Below are positions 20,860 through 30,579 of a stretch of DNA of 61,591 bases, one piece after another. Position 1 is the stretch's first letter. Each line of letters starts with the position of its first letter. This DNA is from Pseudomonadota bacterium (GTDB lineage: Bacteria; Pseudomonadota; Alphaproteobacteria; Rhizobiales; Devosiaceae): the NCBI GenBank assembly GCA_023436745.1, contig JAEZHZ010000256.1:1-61591 (forward strand), given 5' to 3'. A program made the position numbers and the translations under genes. Under the pieces are notes generated by a model. That model did no database searches and was not told where the DNA came from. It saw only the letters and a program-made list of their open reading frames with translations.

Positions 20860-21939
20860 TCAGCCTGCTGAACGCCGCGACAGCCGATCGGCCAGCCCCA
20901 CGCCGGCGCGGGCTCGACGAGCCCAGTCGGATGTGGAGTCGTGCTCGAGATACCTGAGCCAGTACTGCCGCGCCGCGCCAAGATCTCCGGCCTCGTACTC
21001 GAGCGCCCCCAGGTTGTAGGCAGCATCGGCGTAATCGGGATCGATCCGTACGGCCGTCTCCAGATGCTCCCGCGCCGCCGTGATCCGGCCCATCTCGCGC
21101 AGCACGCCACCCTGGTTGAACCACGCCTCCACGAACAGCGGGTCACGTTTCAGCGCTGTCGCGTAGGCTTCGCGCGCGCCGTCGAGGTCGCCCAGCCGGC
21201 GCAGGCAGTTGCCGAGGTTGAACGCCGAGGTCGCATCGGTCGGATCAATCGCAACGCAATGGGCGTAGAGCCGCGCCGCCTCCCCGAACAGCTCCGCCTC
21301 CTCCGCCACTTCGGCATGCCCGAAATAGTCTTCGGCTTCCTCGCTGGGCTCCTCGAGCGGCAGCAGCCGCTGGCCGTTGAGTTCGGCGCGGGAATGGGCA
21401 TCCCGCGCAACGATCCGGTCGGGCCCGTCGACGTCGAGGGTCAGGGCGGTGAGCGAACCGACCGGCCCGATGCTGTGAACCGCACGGGCGATCGCATGCC
21501 AGTCCGCGCCGCCGGCGAGCAGCCCCCCGTACTTGCGGGCAAGGATCACATCGCGGAAGGAGAATGGCTCGGCGTGGTGCTCGAAGGCATCGAACAGCAC
21601 GAGGAGGTCGAACACGTCCGCCGCCAGCCGGGACTGCTCGAGCACCGACTCGCGGGAGATGGTTGCCGGCGGCAGCGCCGGAAGCGTGCCCATCGCGCGC
21701 AGCAGACCGTTCTCGCTGAAGAGGCGCACATCCGCTGCGCGAGCGGCGGCGACCTTGGCCTCGATCGAGGCCGCGTCACTGCGCAGCAGCAGGTTTCGGC
21801 CGAAGACCGCCACCGTCGTGCCCCGCATGAGCGAGCGGTGCAGCCTGCCACCCATGGCATCGATGCGCCGGGCCGCGAGGCGGAGGGGCAGCGCCTTCAG
21901 CGCCCCGATAACCCCGTAGCTCTCGCCATGTGCATCCAT
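20860..21939 (-). CDS. TPR-repeat protein with N-terminal BRCT-like and central MerR-like HTH region
   Basis: About four C-terminal TPRs (AFNLGNCL, AWFNQGGVL, AAYNLGAL); the N-terminus follows the LigA/RFC BRCT pattern; the BRCT and HTH calls are by eye. Confidence 0.8.
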   Translation of the reverse strand: MDAHGESYGVIGALKALPLRLAARRIDAMGGRLHRSLMRGTTVAVFGRNLLLRSDAASIEAKVAAARAADVRLFSENGLLRAMGTLPALPPATISRESVLEQSRLAADVFDLLVLFDAFEHHAEPFSFRDVILARKYGGLLAGGADWHAIARAVHSIGPVGSLTALTLDVDGPDRIVARDAHSRAELNGQRLLPLEEPSEEAEDYFGHAEVAEEAELFGEAARLYAHCVAIDPTDATSAFNLGNCLRRLGDLDGAREAYATALKRDPLFVEAWFNQGGVLREMGRITAAREHLETAVRIDPDYADAAYNLGALEYEAGDLGAARQYWLRYLEHDSTSDWARRARAGVGLADRLSRRSAG

Positions 21940-21942
21940 GCG

Positions 21943-22854
21943 TCAGGCCTTCTTGCGTGGCGCCTTCGGTTTCGCCGCGGACTTGCTGGCTTCCACGGCA
22001 GCCCGGAGTGACACCTTCGCGGCGGACTCCTGTGGAGCCGCCTGCTTCGGTGCGGCCTTTGACTTGCTCTTGGCAGCAGGCTTGGCTTCCCCCAGACTCG
22101 CCTTCAGCGCGTCCATCAGGTTGATGACATTACCACGTTCCGGCGCAGCAGCGATGATCGGCTTGTGGCCTTTCAGCTTCTCCTTGATCATCGCCATGAG
22201 GGCCGTTTCGTAGCGGTCCTCGTAGTTCTTCGGGTCGAACGTCGTCACCTTCTGGTCGATGAGCTTCTGGGCAAGATCCAGCATTTCCGGATCCGGATTG
22301 CCAACCGGAATGCTGTCGAAATACTCGGCCGTGCCCCGCACCTCGTTGGGGTTGCGCAGGGTCGTCACGAACATGCCGGTCTCGCGCGCGCCGATGGTCA
22401 CCACGCGCTCGCGGCTCGACAGCACCAGCCGGGCCAGCGCCAGCTTGCCGCTGCGGCGCATGGCCTCGCGGAGCACGATGAAGGTCTCCTCGGCCATCGC
22501 CCCATCCGGCGCCAGGTAGTATGGCGCGTCCTGGTAGATGACATCGACTTCGTGCTCGTCCACGAAGGCTTCGATGTTGAGGGTGTGGCTCGACTCGATC
22601 CGCACCGCCTCGAGATCGGTGTCCTCGATGATGATGTACTGCTTGGGCTCGTACTCGTACCCGCGCACCAGATCAGACCGCTCGACCAGACCCAGTTCGG
22701 GGTCCACCGGCTTCATGTTGATGCGGTTGTGGGTGTCCTTGTGGAGCTGGTTGAAGCTGATGCGCTCGGAAGCACTCGTGGCGGGGAACAGCTTCACCGC
22801 ACAGCTCACCAGGCTCAGACGCAGATGCCCCTTCCAACTGGCTCGTGGAGCCAT
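21943..22854 (-). CDS. ku: Non-homologous end joining protein Ku
   Basis: MAPRASWKGHLRLSLVSCAVKLFPAT, ISFNQLH, LVRGYEY, PYYLAP, NVINLMDALKASL, basic Lys/Ala C-terminal tail; GGAGG RBS. Confidence 0.96.
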   Translation of the reverse strand: MAPRASWKGHLRLSLVSCAVKLFPATSASERISFNQLHKDTHNRINMKPVDPELGLVERSDLVRGYEYEPKQYIIIEDTDLEAVRIESSHTLNIEAFVDEHEVDVIYQDAPYYLAPDGAMAEETFIVLREAMRRSGKLALARLVLSSRERVVTIGARETGMFVTTLRNPNEVRGTAEYFDSIPVGNPDPEMLDLAQKLIDQKVTTFDPKNYEDRYETALMAMIKEKLKGHKPIIAAAPERGNVINLMDALKASLGEAKPAAKSKSKAAPKQAAPQESAAKVSLRAAVEASKSAAKPKAPRKKA

Positions 22855-22897
22855 GACCGCCTCCTCTACGCGCGTACTACTTGCAACCGGGCAGTAA

Positions 22898-25339
22898 TCA
22901 TGTGGGAAGGTCGCGTGCCGCTTCGTTAATCTCGGCCCACGGGTCTCCCGCAGTGGTTAACAAACCTGGAAGCGAAGAATAGTTGAGGTCCGCCGGAGAG
23001 TCGATGGACTCAAGATCCTCCCAGCTGACTGGCGTCGAGGCCGGCAGGTGCGGACGCGCCCGCAGCGAATAGGCCGACACCGCCGTCGCGCTGCGCGCAT
23101 TGCGATGATAGTCTATGAATATCCGCCGCTTGCGGTTCTCCGCACCCATGGTGGTGACGAACGTGTCGGGCCCTGTCTTCGCCAGCTGCGCCGACATCCG
23201 GGCGGTCGCCTCGTGGGCCGCCTTCCAACTGATCTTCGGGTTGATCGGCACCACCAGGTGCACCCCCTTGCCGCCCGAGGTCTTGACGAACGGCACTACC
23301 CCCATGGCCTCCAGCTCGCCCCTGAGGTGCACGGCGGCATTGACCACGTCGCGCCATTCGACGCCCTCGCCGGGGTCGAGGTCGAAGATCACCCGGTCGG
23401 GCTTTTCGATATGCGTGCGGTGCGTGCCCCAGGCGTGGAACTCGACCACCCCGAACTGCGCCAGTGCGAGATAGCCCTTTGCATCCTCGACCGAGAGATA
23501 GGTCTGCGGTTCGCCCTCGGACGTCTTGCTGGCAACGGTCGCCAGCGTACCGGGCATGCCCGTGAACGGATGGCGCTGGAAGAAGCAGTCGTTCGGCTTG
23601 CCGGTCGGGCAGCGGAACAGCGATACCGGCCGGCCGATCAGGTGCGGCAGCATGAAGTCGCCCACCGCGGCATAGTAGACGGCAATATCGAGCTTGGTCG
23701 GCCCGGAGCGGCCGAACAGCCGTCGGGTGGGATTGGTCACCCAGATGCCGGCGAGGTCCGCATCGGAGATGTAGCGCTTGCGTGGCCGCTGCGGCGCTGC
23801 AGTCAGTTCCACTTCCCTGAGGCCCTTGAACACACCGTGCCGGATCAGGCCGTCGGCGGTAACGTTAGACAAACGGATCTTTGCAGAAAGTACCGGTTTC
23901 ACTGCAATCATGTCCTTGGGCGCACCCTCGAACCGGCCCTCGATCCGCAGCGACTCGAGCCGCTCCAGCAAGTCGGCCATGGTCGCAGCGTCGAACCCGG
24001 TCCCCACCTTGCCGCGATAGACCAGTTCCCCATCCACCCACTCGCCCATGCCGAGTGCCCCGATGCCCCCGGCCGCGGCAGAGGGTGTGTAACCTCCGAT
24101 GACAAAATCCTTCTGCTGTGGCGCCTTGGTCTTCAGCCAGCTCGTGCTGCGCCCGCCGATATGGGGCCCATCCGCGCGCTTCGAGACCACGCCCTCAAGC
24201 CCGATCTGGGCCGCCTGCTCGTAGAGCCCGGCCCCATCACCCTCGACATGATCACTGTACTGGATCGGCGACCGCCCGCCGGCGCTTCCGGAAAGTAGCT
24301 GCGCCAGCAAGGCCTTGCGCTTGACGAGTGGTACCTGTCGCAAATCCCATCCATCGAGGTACAGCAGGTCGAAGGCATAGAAGACGAGGCGGTTGCCGGC
24401 ACCTTCGGACAGAGCTTCCTGCAACAGGCCGAAGCGGCTAATGCCCCTGTCGTCCGGCACCACGATCTCGCCGTCGATGACCGCCTGCCTGCAGGCAAGC
24501 GCCGAGAATGCCGTAGGGAGATCGCCATAGCGCCGGCTCCAGTCGAGACCACCACGGGTGATCAGCCGCGCCGAACCGGCCTCGACATAGGCCATGGTGC
24601 GGTAGCCGTCGAACTTGATCTCGTGCAGCCATGGAGCATTGGCGGAGGAGGACGGCGGCTCGTCGGCCGGGCTCGCCAGTTGCAGGTCGACCTTTTCCGG
24701 CATTGGCGCCCTGATCGCACCTGCGACCCGGCCGGGCTGCGGCCTGCTGCGCTTCACCGGCTGTGCCGGCACGGGCGCGACAAGCTGCTCGATCCTCCGC
24801 CCGGTCTTCACGCTCTCCGGGCGCTCGGCCAGGATGTCTCGCGCGGGGTCGGCGCTGGTGTCGCGTTCCTTGAAGAACAGCCAGTTCCGCTTGCCCTTGT
24901 CTTCCGGTCTGGACTTCAGCCGCGTGAGCATCCAGCCGCCGCCAAGCTTCTGCCCTGCCAGGCGGAACTTGAACGCGCCTTTCTCGAGGTCTGCGTGCGG
25001 ATCGCCCATGGGAGCCCAGGTGCCCGTATCCCACACGATCATAGGGCCGCCGCCATATTCGCCTTCGGGAATGACCCCTTCGAAGTCGAGATATTCGACG
25101 GGGTGATCCTCGGTCTCGACGGCCAGGCGCTTCTCCGCCGGATCGAGGGAAGGACCCCTGGGGACCGCCCAGCTCTTGAGGACGCCATCCAGTTCGAGCC
25201 GAAGGTCGTAGTGGTCCGCTGTCGCCGAATGCTTGTGGATGACGAAACGGCTGCCGCCTTCCCCCTCGCTGCCGACCGGCTCGCTGGTGCGGGAAAAATC
25301 CCGCTTCTGCTGGTAGCTCTGCAGCTTGCCGCGGGCCAT
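22898..25339 (-). CDS. ligD: DNA ligase D (phosphoesterase-ligase-polymerase)
   Basis: YQQKRDFSRTSEP and HYDLRLELDGVLKSWAVPRGP (PE domain); EIKFDGYR and EGVVSKR (LIG); FDLDP, KTSGGKGVH, FIDYHRN (POL). Confidence 0.96.
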   Translation of the reverse strand: MARGKLQSYQQKRDFSRTSEPVGSEGEGGSRFVIHKHSATADHYDLRLELDGVLKSWAVPRGPSLDPAEKRLAVETEDHPVEYLDFEGVIPEGEYGGGPMIVWDTGTWAPMGDPHADLEKGAFKFRLAGQKLGGGWMLTRLKSRPEDKGKRNWLFFKERDTSADPARDILAERPESVKTGRRIEQLVAPVPAQPVKRSRPQPGRVAGAIRAPMPEKVDLQLASPADEPPSSSANAPWLHEIKFDGYRTMAYVEAGSARLITRGGLDWSRRYGDLPTAFSALACRQAVIDGEIVVPDDRGISRFGLLQEALSEGAGNRLVFYAFDLLYLDGWDLRQVPLVKRKALLAQLLSGSAGGRSPIQYSDHVEGDGAGLYEQAAQIGLEGVVSKRADGPHIGGRSTSWLKTKAPQQKDFVIGGYTPSAAAGGIGALGMGEWVDGELVYRGKVGTGFDAATMADLLERLESLRIEGRFEGAPKDMIAVKPVLSAKIRLSNVTADGLIRHGVFKGLREVELTAAPQRPRKRYISDADLAGIWVTNPTRRLFGRSGPTKLDIAVYYAAVGDFMLPHLIGRPVSLFRCPTGKPNDCFFQRHPFTGMPGTLATVASKTSEGEPQTYLSVEDAKGYLALAQFGVVEFHAWGTHRTHIEKPDRVIFDLDPGEGVEWRDVVNAAVHLRGELEAMGVVPFVKTSGGKGVHLVVPINPKISWKAAHEATARMSAQLAKTGPDTFVTTMGAENRKRRIFIDYHRNARSATAVSAYSLRARPHLPASTPVSWEDLESIDSPADLNYSSLPGLLTTAGDPWAEINEAARDLPT

Positions 25340-25343
25340 GGCG

Positions 25344-26930
25344 TCAAACCATCGCGTCGATCGCCTGCCGCTGCCGCAGCATTTCGAGGAATACGCGGTA
25401 GTCCCGGTCGTACCCTGCCCGCAGACCAGGATCCGGCGCCCTTTCGCATCCGCCCTGCTGCATGGCCGTACAGGCAGTTTCCAGGCTCCCATACTGCCGG
25501 GACGCCGTAGCGGCCACCATCGCCATGCCGAGAAGCGTAGCGTCCGGCGCTGCCGACTCCACCACCGTGCAGCCGGTGGCATCGGCGTAGAGTTCCATCA
25601 GCAGCGGGTTCTTGGTGTGACCGCCGGTGACGTGCAGCGTATCGATGGCGTAGCCGCGCTTGTTCAGCGTTTCGAGGATGTGCCGCACGCCGAGGGCAAT
25701 CCCGACGCAGGTTCGCCAGTAGAGCCGGCACAGAGAGTCGAAGTCGCTGTCGAGCGTCAGCCCGGAGATCACTCCGAGCGCATTTGGGTCGGCGAGCGGG
25801 GAGCGGTTGCCGTGAAAATCGGGCAGCACATGGAGGCGTGCGGCAAACTCTGCCCCTTCGGCGGCTCGCAATTCGGCCACCCGGCTGGTAATGGCGGCAT
25901 GACGCTGTGGAGTGGGTTCGCCTCCTGCCCCGTGCCAGCGGATGATGTGGTCGAGCAGCGCACCGGTCGCGGACTGGCCGCCCTCGTTAAGCCAGGCGCC
26001 GGGCAGCACCGCACCGCTGTAGGGACCCCAGACTCCGCTGATCGGGCGCGCCTCGGCGGAGAGCGCCATCACGCAACTGGAGGTGCCGGCGATCAGAGCC
26101 AGATGCCGGTCGATGGTGTCGACGTCACCTGCAAATGCTCCAAGCACGCCGAGGGCGCCAGCGTGGGCATCGATGAGCCCAGCCCCGACGCGCGCGGCAG
26201 TGGTCAGTCCGAGCTGGCTTGCTGCAGCCTCGGTGAGCCCCCCGAGATCTTCGCCGACCGGGCTCGCGATCTCGGGAAGCGCCGCCTTCTGCTGCAGGTC
26301 CTCGAGTCCGATCTGCTGGAGGAAGTCGGCCTGCCAGCCCGGCGTCTCGTGCGCCAGGTAGGTCCATTTGCACACAAGGGTCGACTGGGACCGCGCCAGT
26401 GAACCAGTGGCTTTCCACGACAGGAAATCGGCAAGATCGAACATCATTCCTGCTCGATCCCAGGTGTCCGGCAGGTGCCGCTTCAGCCACATCAGCTTCG
26501 GCGCCTCCATCTCGGGCGACATGACCCCGCCAATGAAGTCGAGGACGCGATGGCCGGTGGCCGTGCATTCCTCCGCCTCTGCGAGGGCCCGATGATCGAG
26601 CCAGACGATGGTGTCCCAGTTGTCCCCGCCCTCGGCGGAAGCGGTGACGGGGTGCCCCTCGACGTCGCGGATCACCAGCGAGCAGGTGGCATCGAAGCCG
26701 ATCCCGGCGATCTGTCCCGGTTCTGCTTCCGCTTGGCGCATTGCCCCGCGGACGGCGGCGCACACCGCCTCCCAGACCTGTTCGCTGTCGTGCTCGGCAT
26801 GGTTGGCGTCGGTGCGCCGCATGGCGATCGGGTGTTCGTCGCGACCAAGAAGCGTGCCGGATGGCGTGAAAACGCCGGCCCGCGCGCTGCCGGTGCCCAC
26901 GTCAACTCCCACCAGCAGGCTGTCCCTCAC
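25344..26930 (-). CDS. FGGY-family pentulose/carbohydrate kinase (D-ribulokinase-like)
   Basis: GVDVGTGSARAG, GFDATCSLV, WLDHRA, SPEMEAPKLMWLK, PDFHGNRSP. Confidence 0.9.
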   Translation of the reverse strand: MRDSLLVGVDVGTGSARAGVFTPSGTLLGRDEHPIAMRRTDANHAEHDSEQVWEAVCAAVRGAMRQAEAEPGQIAGIGFDATCSLVIRDVEGHPVTASAEGGDNWDTIVWLDHRALAEAEECTATGHRVLDFIGGVMSPEMEAPKLMWLKRHLPDTWDRAGMMFDLADFLSWKATGSLARSQSTLVCKWTYLAHETPGWQADFLQQIGLEDLQQKAALPEIASPVGEDLGGLTEAAASQLGLTTAARVGAGLIDAHAGALGVLGAFAGDVDTIDRHLALIAGTSSCVMALSAEARPISGVWGPYSGAVLPGAWLNEGGQSATGALLDHIIRWHGAGGEPTPQRHAAITSRVAELRAAEGAEFAARLHVLPDFHGNRSPLADPNALGVISGLTLDSDFDSLCRLYWRTCVGIALGVRHILETLNKRGYAIDTLHVTGGHTKNPLLMELYADATGCTVVESAAPDATLLGMAMVAATASRQYGSLETACTAMQQGGCERAPDPGLRAGYDRDYRVFLEMLRQRQAIDAMV

Positions 26931-26992
26931 CCCGTCCGCCGCACTCTTGTTGCTTTGGCGCGGAGCTTACAGCAACGGCGGCCTGCGGCAAC

Positions 26993-28468
26993 TCACTCCT
27001 CGCCGGCGAGGTAGTGTTCGAGTGTCGCGGCGGTGCCGACGGACCACAGGCGATCGAGCCAAGCCCCGAAAGAATCTGCGAAAATTGCGCTCTCGGACAG
27101 CTCGCCATAGATGTCGCGCATGGCAAGCCAGGCCGCGGGATCGGTCCGGGCGAGCCTGGCGCGGTCTGTCAGCCGGTCCCAGTTGGGATCATTGGGGGCA
27201 ATTTCGGCACCGCTTTCGGTAATTCCGAAGCAATATCGACACCAAAGTGCGCTCACCAGCGACAAACCGCTTGCTTTCCGTTCCCGCCGAACGCGGTCCA
27301 GGGCAGATGGGATGATGAATTTCGGCTGTCTGTTACTGCCATCGAGCGCCAGCCGGCGGATGGTGTCGCCGATCCTGGGGTTGGCGAAGCGGCGCTGGCA
27401 GAGCGCGAAATACTCGAACAGGTCGGTATCGGGCACAGGCGGGACAATCGGAATGATCTCCTCGGTCTCGACCTTGGTGAGGAAGCTGCCGACCAGCGGA
27501 TGCTCCATGGCCTCGTGGACGAAGTGAATGTCGAGCAGCCCCGCCGGATAGGCGATGGCCGCATGGCCACCATTGAGGATGCGGATCTTCATGTGCTCGT
27601 AGGGAGCGACGTCGGGCACGAACTGCACGCCCACCCGCTCGAGCGGCGGGCGCCCGGCGGGAAAGTTGTCCTCGAGCACCCATTGGCGGAAGCTCTCGCA
27701 GAACACCGGCCAGTTGTCCTCGATGTCAAACTCATCGCGCAGCAGCTGCTTCTCGCGCTCGGAGGTCGCCGGGGTGATCCGGTCGACCATGCCGTTGGGG
27801 AAGGCCACCGTGTCCCTGACCCATCGGGCGAGGTCCGGATCGACCAGTTCGGACAGCCCGATCACGGCATTGGCGGTCACATGGCCATTGCCCGGGATGT
27901 TGTCGCAGCTCATCACCGTGAAGGGCCGGATGCCGGACTGGCGCCGCCGCACCAGACCGGCAAGGATCAGGCCGAACACCGTCTTTGGCCTGTCGATGTT
28001 GCGGGCATCCCAAGCGATATCGGGATGCGCCGGATCGAATTGCTGCGAAGCCGGATCGATGAAGTAACCGCCCTCGGTAATGGTGAGCGACACGATGCGG
28101 ATGGCCGGATCGGCAAGCCGCTGGATGATCGCGGCAGCGTCGCCGGGCCGCAGATAGTCGACCATGACGCCGGTGACCCGGGCAGAACTGGCATCGGCCT
28201 CCTGCTCCACCACCGTGGTCAGCCAGTCCTGCGCCATCAGTTGCTGGCGCATGCTCTCGTCGGCCTCCCGCACGCCTGCCCCGACTATGGCCCAGTCGTG
28301 TCCCGCACCTGACGCGAACAGATCATCGAGATAGACCGCCTGATGGGCCCGATGGAAATTGCCGACCCCGAAATGGAGGATGCCGGCCGCAAGGCCGTTG
28401 CGGTCATAGCCCGGGGTTGCGGCAGTGGTGATGTCATCGAGGCTGCGGGCGGAGAGCTTGATGGTCAT
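26993..28468 (-). CDS. mtlK: Mannitol dehydrogenase family protein (mannitol 2-dehydrogenase)
   Basis: HFGVGNFHRAHQAVY, SLTITEGGY, SCDNIPGNG, FPNGMVDRITP, MKIRILNGGH. Confidence 0.9.
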   Translation of the reverse strand: MTIKLSARSLDDITTAATPGYDRNGLAAGILHFGVGNFHRAHQAVYLDDLFASGAGHDWAIVGAGVREADESMRQQLMAQDWLTTVVEQEADASSARVTGVMVDYLRPGDAAAIIQRLADPAIRIVSLTITEGGYFIDPASQQFDPAHPDIAWDARNIDRPKTVFGLILAGLVRRRQSGIRPFTVMSCDNIPGNGHVTANAVIGLSELVDPDLARWVRDTVAFPNGMVDRITPATSEREKQLLRDEFDIEDNWPVFCESFRQWVLEDNFPAGRPPLERVGVQFVPDVAPYEHMKIRILNGGHAAIAYPAGLLDIHFVHEAMEHPLVGSFLTKVETEEIIPIVPPVPDTDLFEYFALCQRRFANPRIGDTIRRLALDGSNRQPKFIIPSALDRVRRERKASGLSLVSALWCRYCFGITESGAEIAPNDPNWDRLTDRARLARTDPAAWLAMRDIYGELSESAIFADSFGAWLDRLWSVGTAATLEHYLAGEE

Positions 28469-28531
28469 TGGGTCGGTCCTGGTCGAGAGGTCCCGCAGCC
28501 CCCGTGTCGGGGCCCGGTGCGGTCTGGGCGG

Positions 28532-29536
28532 CTAAAGCGCATTGCCAGCCTGATCGAACCGGTAGATGCGCGACGGGTCGGGCGTCAGCCACACCTCGTC
28601 ACCATGGGTAAAGGTCCGTTCGCCATCGGTTCGCACGGTGAGAAGACCGAGCACGCCGGCATCCACGTGGAGGAACGTGTCCGACCCGAGCTGCTCGGAA
28701 ACCGTCACCCGCCCCGGCCAGGCACCCGCCCCCTGGGTGGTCGAGAGCCCCAGGTGTTCCGGCCGGACGCCGATCGAATGAGCGTCGTGCTTGCCCGCTT
28801 CAACTCCGTCGATGAAGTTCATCCGGGGCGAACCGATGAAGCCGGCGACGAACCGGTTGGCAGGCTGCCTGTAGAGATCGAGCGGCGAGCCGAACTGCTC
28901 CACCCGCCCGGCGTTCAGCACCACGATGCGGTCGGCCATGGTCATGGCCTCCACCTGGTCGTGCGTCACATAGATCATGGTGGTCTGGAGCTGCTGGTGC
29001 AGCTCGGTGATCTCGAGCCGCATGTTGACGCGCAACGCCGCATCGAGGTTGCTCAACGGTTCGTCGAACAGGAACGCCTTGGGCTCGCGCACGATCGCCC
29101 GCCCGATTGCGACGCGCTGGCGCTGCCCGCCGGAGAGGGCCCGCGGCCGACGGTCGAGATAGCTCGACAGGTTGAGCGTGCGGGCGGCGTATTCGACCTT
29201 CTGGTCGATCACCTGCTTCGGCGTCTTCGCCATCTTCAGCGGGAAGGCGATGTTGTCGCGTACCGTCATGTGGGGGTAGAGCGCATAGCTCTGGAACACC
29301 ATGGCCAGCCCCCGCCGCGCCGGCGGTGCCCGGGTGACGTCCTGGCCGTCGAGCAGGATGCGGCCACCCGTGGTGTCCTCCAGCCCCGCGATCAGCCGCA
29401 GCAGCGTGGACTTGCCGCATCCCGAGGGGCCGACGAAGACCACGAACTCACCATCGTGGATCTCCAGCGAAATGTCGGGGATGACCTGGACCTCGCCGAA
29501 GGACTTGTTGACGTGTTCGAGCGTGATGGAGCCCAT
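28532..29536 (-). CDS. smoK: Polyol ABC transporter ATP-binding protein
   Basis: [37 protein letters not shown]; lies in the polyol operon. Confidence 0.88.
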   Translation of the reverse strand: MGSITLEHVNKSFGEVQVIPDISLEIHDGEFVVFVGPSGCGKSTLLRLIAGLEDTTGGRILLDGQDVTRAPPARRGLAMVFQSYALYPHMTVRDNIAFPLKMAKTPKQVIDQKVEYAARTLNLSSYLDRRPRALSGGQRQRVAIGRAIVREPKAFLFDEPLSNLDAALRVNMRLEITELHQQLQTTMIYVTHDQVEAMTMADRIVVLNAGRVEQFGSPLDLYRQPANRFVAGFIGSPRMNFIDGVEAGKHDAHSIGVRPEHLGLSTTQGAGAWPGRVTVSEQLGSDTFLHVDAGVLGLLTVRTDGERTFTHGDEVWLTPDPSRIYRFDQAGNAL

Positions 29537-29588
29537 CTCAGGACAGTCCTCCGGTGGAATGCAGGTCATGCGGTGGTGTCGGCAAGAG

Positions 29589-29699
29589 CCCCCAGCTGAC
29601 CTCCCCCGCAAGCGGGGGAGGGTGGGACCGGTGATGGGCCGAGTAGCGAGGCAAGCTCGATGCGCCCTCCCCCCGGGTGCGGGGGAAGTTGGGTGGGGG
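29589..29699. repeat. RIME/REP-like intergenic mosaic palindrome
   Basis: CCTCCCCCGC-AA-GCGGGGGAGG hairpin plus a second CCCTCCCCCC...GGGGGAAGTTGGGTGGGG arm. Confidence 0.65.
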
Positions 29700-29710
29700 T
29701 ACGGACCGCC

Positions 29711-30541
29711 TCACTTCACCGCTCCGAAAGTCAGCCCGCGCACCAGTTGCTTCTGGCTGAACCAGCCGAGGAGCAGGATGGGGGCAATGGCGAGGAGCGA
29801 GGCCGCGGACAGCTTGGCGAGGAACAGGCCCTGCGGCGAGGAGAACGAGGAAATGAAGGCCGTGAGCGTGCCGGCCCTGCCCGAGGTCAGCGTGATGGAC
29901 CAGAACGCCTCGTTCCAGGCGAGGATGACATTGAGCAGCAGCGTCGAGGCGATCCCCGGCACGGCCATCGGCACCAGCACATGGGTGATCTCGTTCCACA
30001 GTTCGGCGCCGTCCATGCGGGAGGCCTCAAGGATATCGACCGGGATTTCCTTGAAGTAGGTGTAGAGCATCCACACGATGATCGGCAGGTTGATCAGCGT
30101 CATGATCACCGTCAGCCCGTGAAGCGTATCGAGCAGCCTGAGGTCGCGGAAGATAAGGTAGATCGGTATGAGCACGCCCACCGCCGGCATCATCTTGGTG
30201 GAGAGCATCCACATCAGGACATCCTTGGTGCGCCGCGTCGGCGAGAAGGCCATGGCCCACGCCGCCGGGATCGCGATGACCAGCCCGATCAGCGTCGAGC
30301 CGAGCGACACGATGACCGAGTTGGTGGCGTGCTTGATGTAGTCGGACCGGGCCTGAACCGCCGCGAAGTTCTCGAGCGTGAACGTCTCGGGCAGGAAGGT
30401 GGGCGGGGACGCGATGGCCTCCGCCTCGGTCTTGAAGGCTGTGAGCACCGTCCACAGGATCGGGGAGAACAGCAGCAGGGCGATCACCCAGGCAAGGACG
30501 GTGAAGCCGACACGGGTGGGAGCGGAGACGTTGCGCGCCAT
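29711..30541 (-). CDS. smoG: Polyol ABC transporter permease
   Basis: TAFKTEAEAI, MWMLSTKMMPAVG, EASRMDGA loop, SQKQLVRGLTFGAVK. Confidence 0.88.
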   Translation of the reverse strand: MARNVSAPTRVGFTVLAWVIALLLFSPILWTVLTAFKTEAEAIASPPTFLPETFTLENFAAVQARSDYIKHATNSVIVSLGSTLIGLVIAIPAAWAMAFSPTRRTKDVLMWMLSTKMMPAVGVLIPIYLIFRDLRLLDTLHGLTVIMTLINLPIIVWMLYTYFKEIPVDILEASRMDGAELWNEITHVLVPMAVPGIASTLLLNVILAWNEAFWSITLTSGRAGTLTAFISSFSSPQGLFLAKLSAASLLAIAPILLLGWFSQKQLVRGLTFGAVK

Positions 30542-30579
30542 GTCAGATTGTCTCCCCGCACGGCTTATGGAGATGTTGG

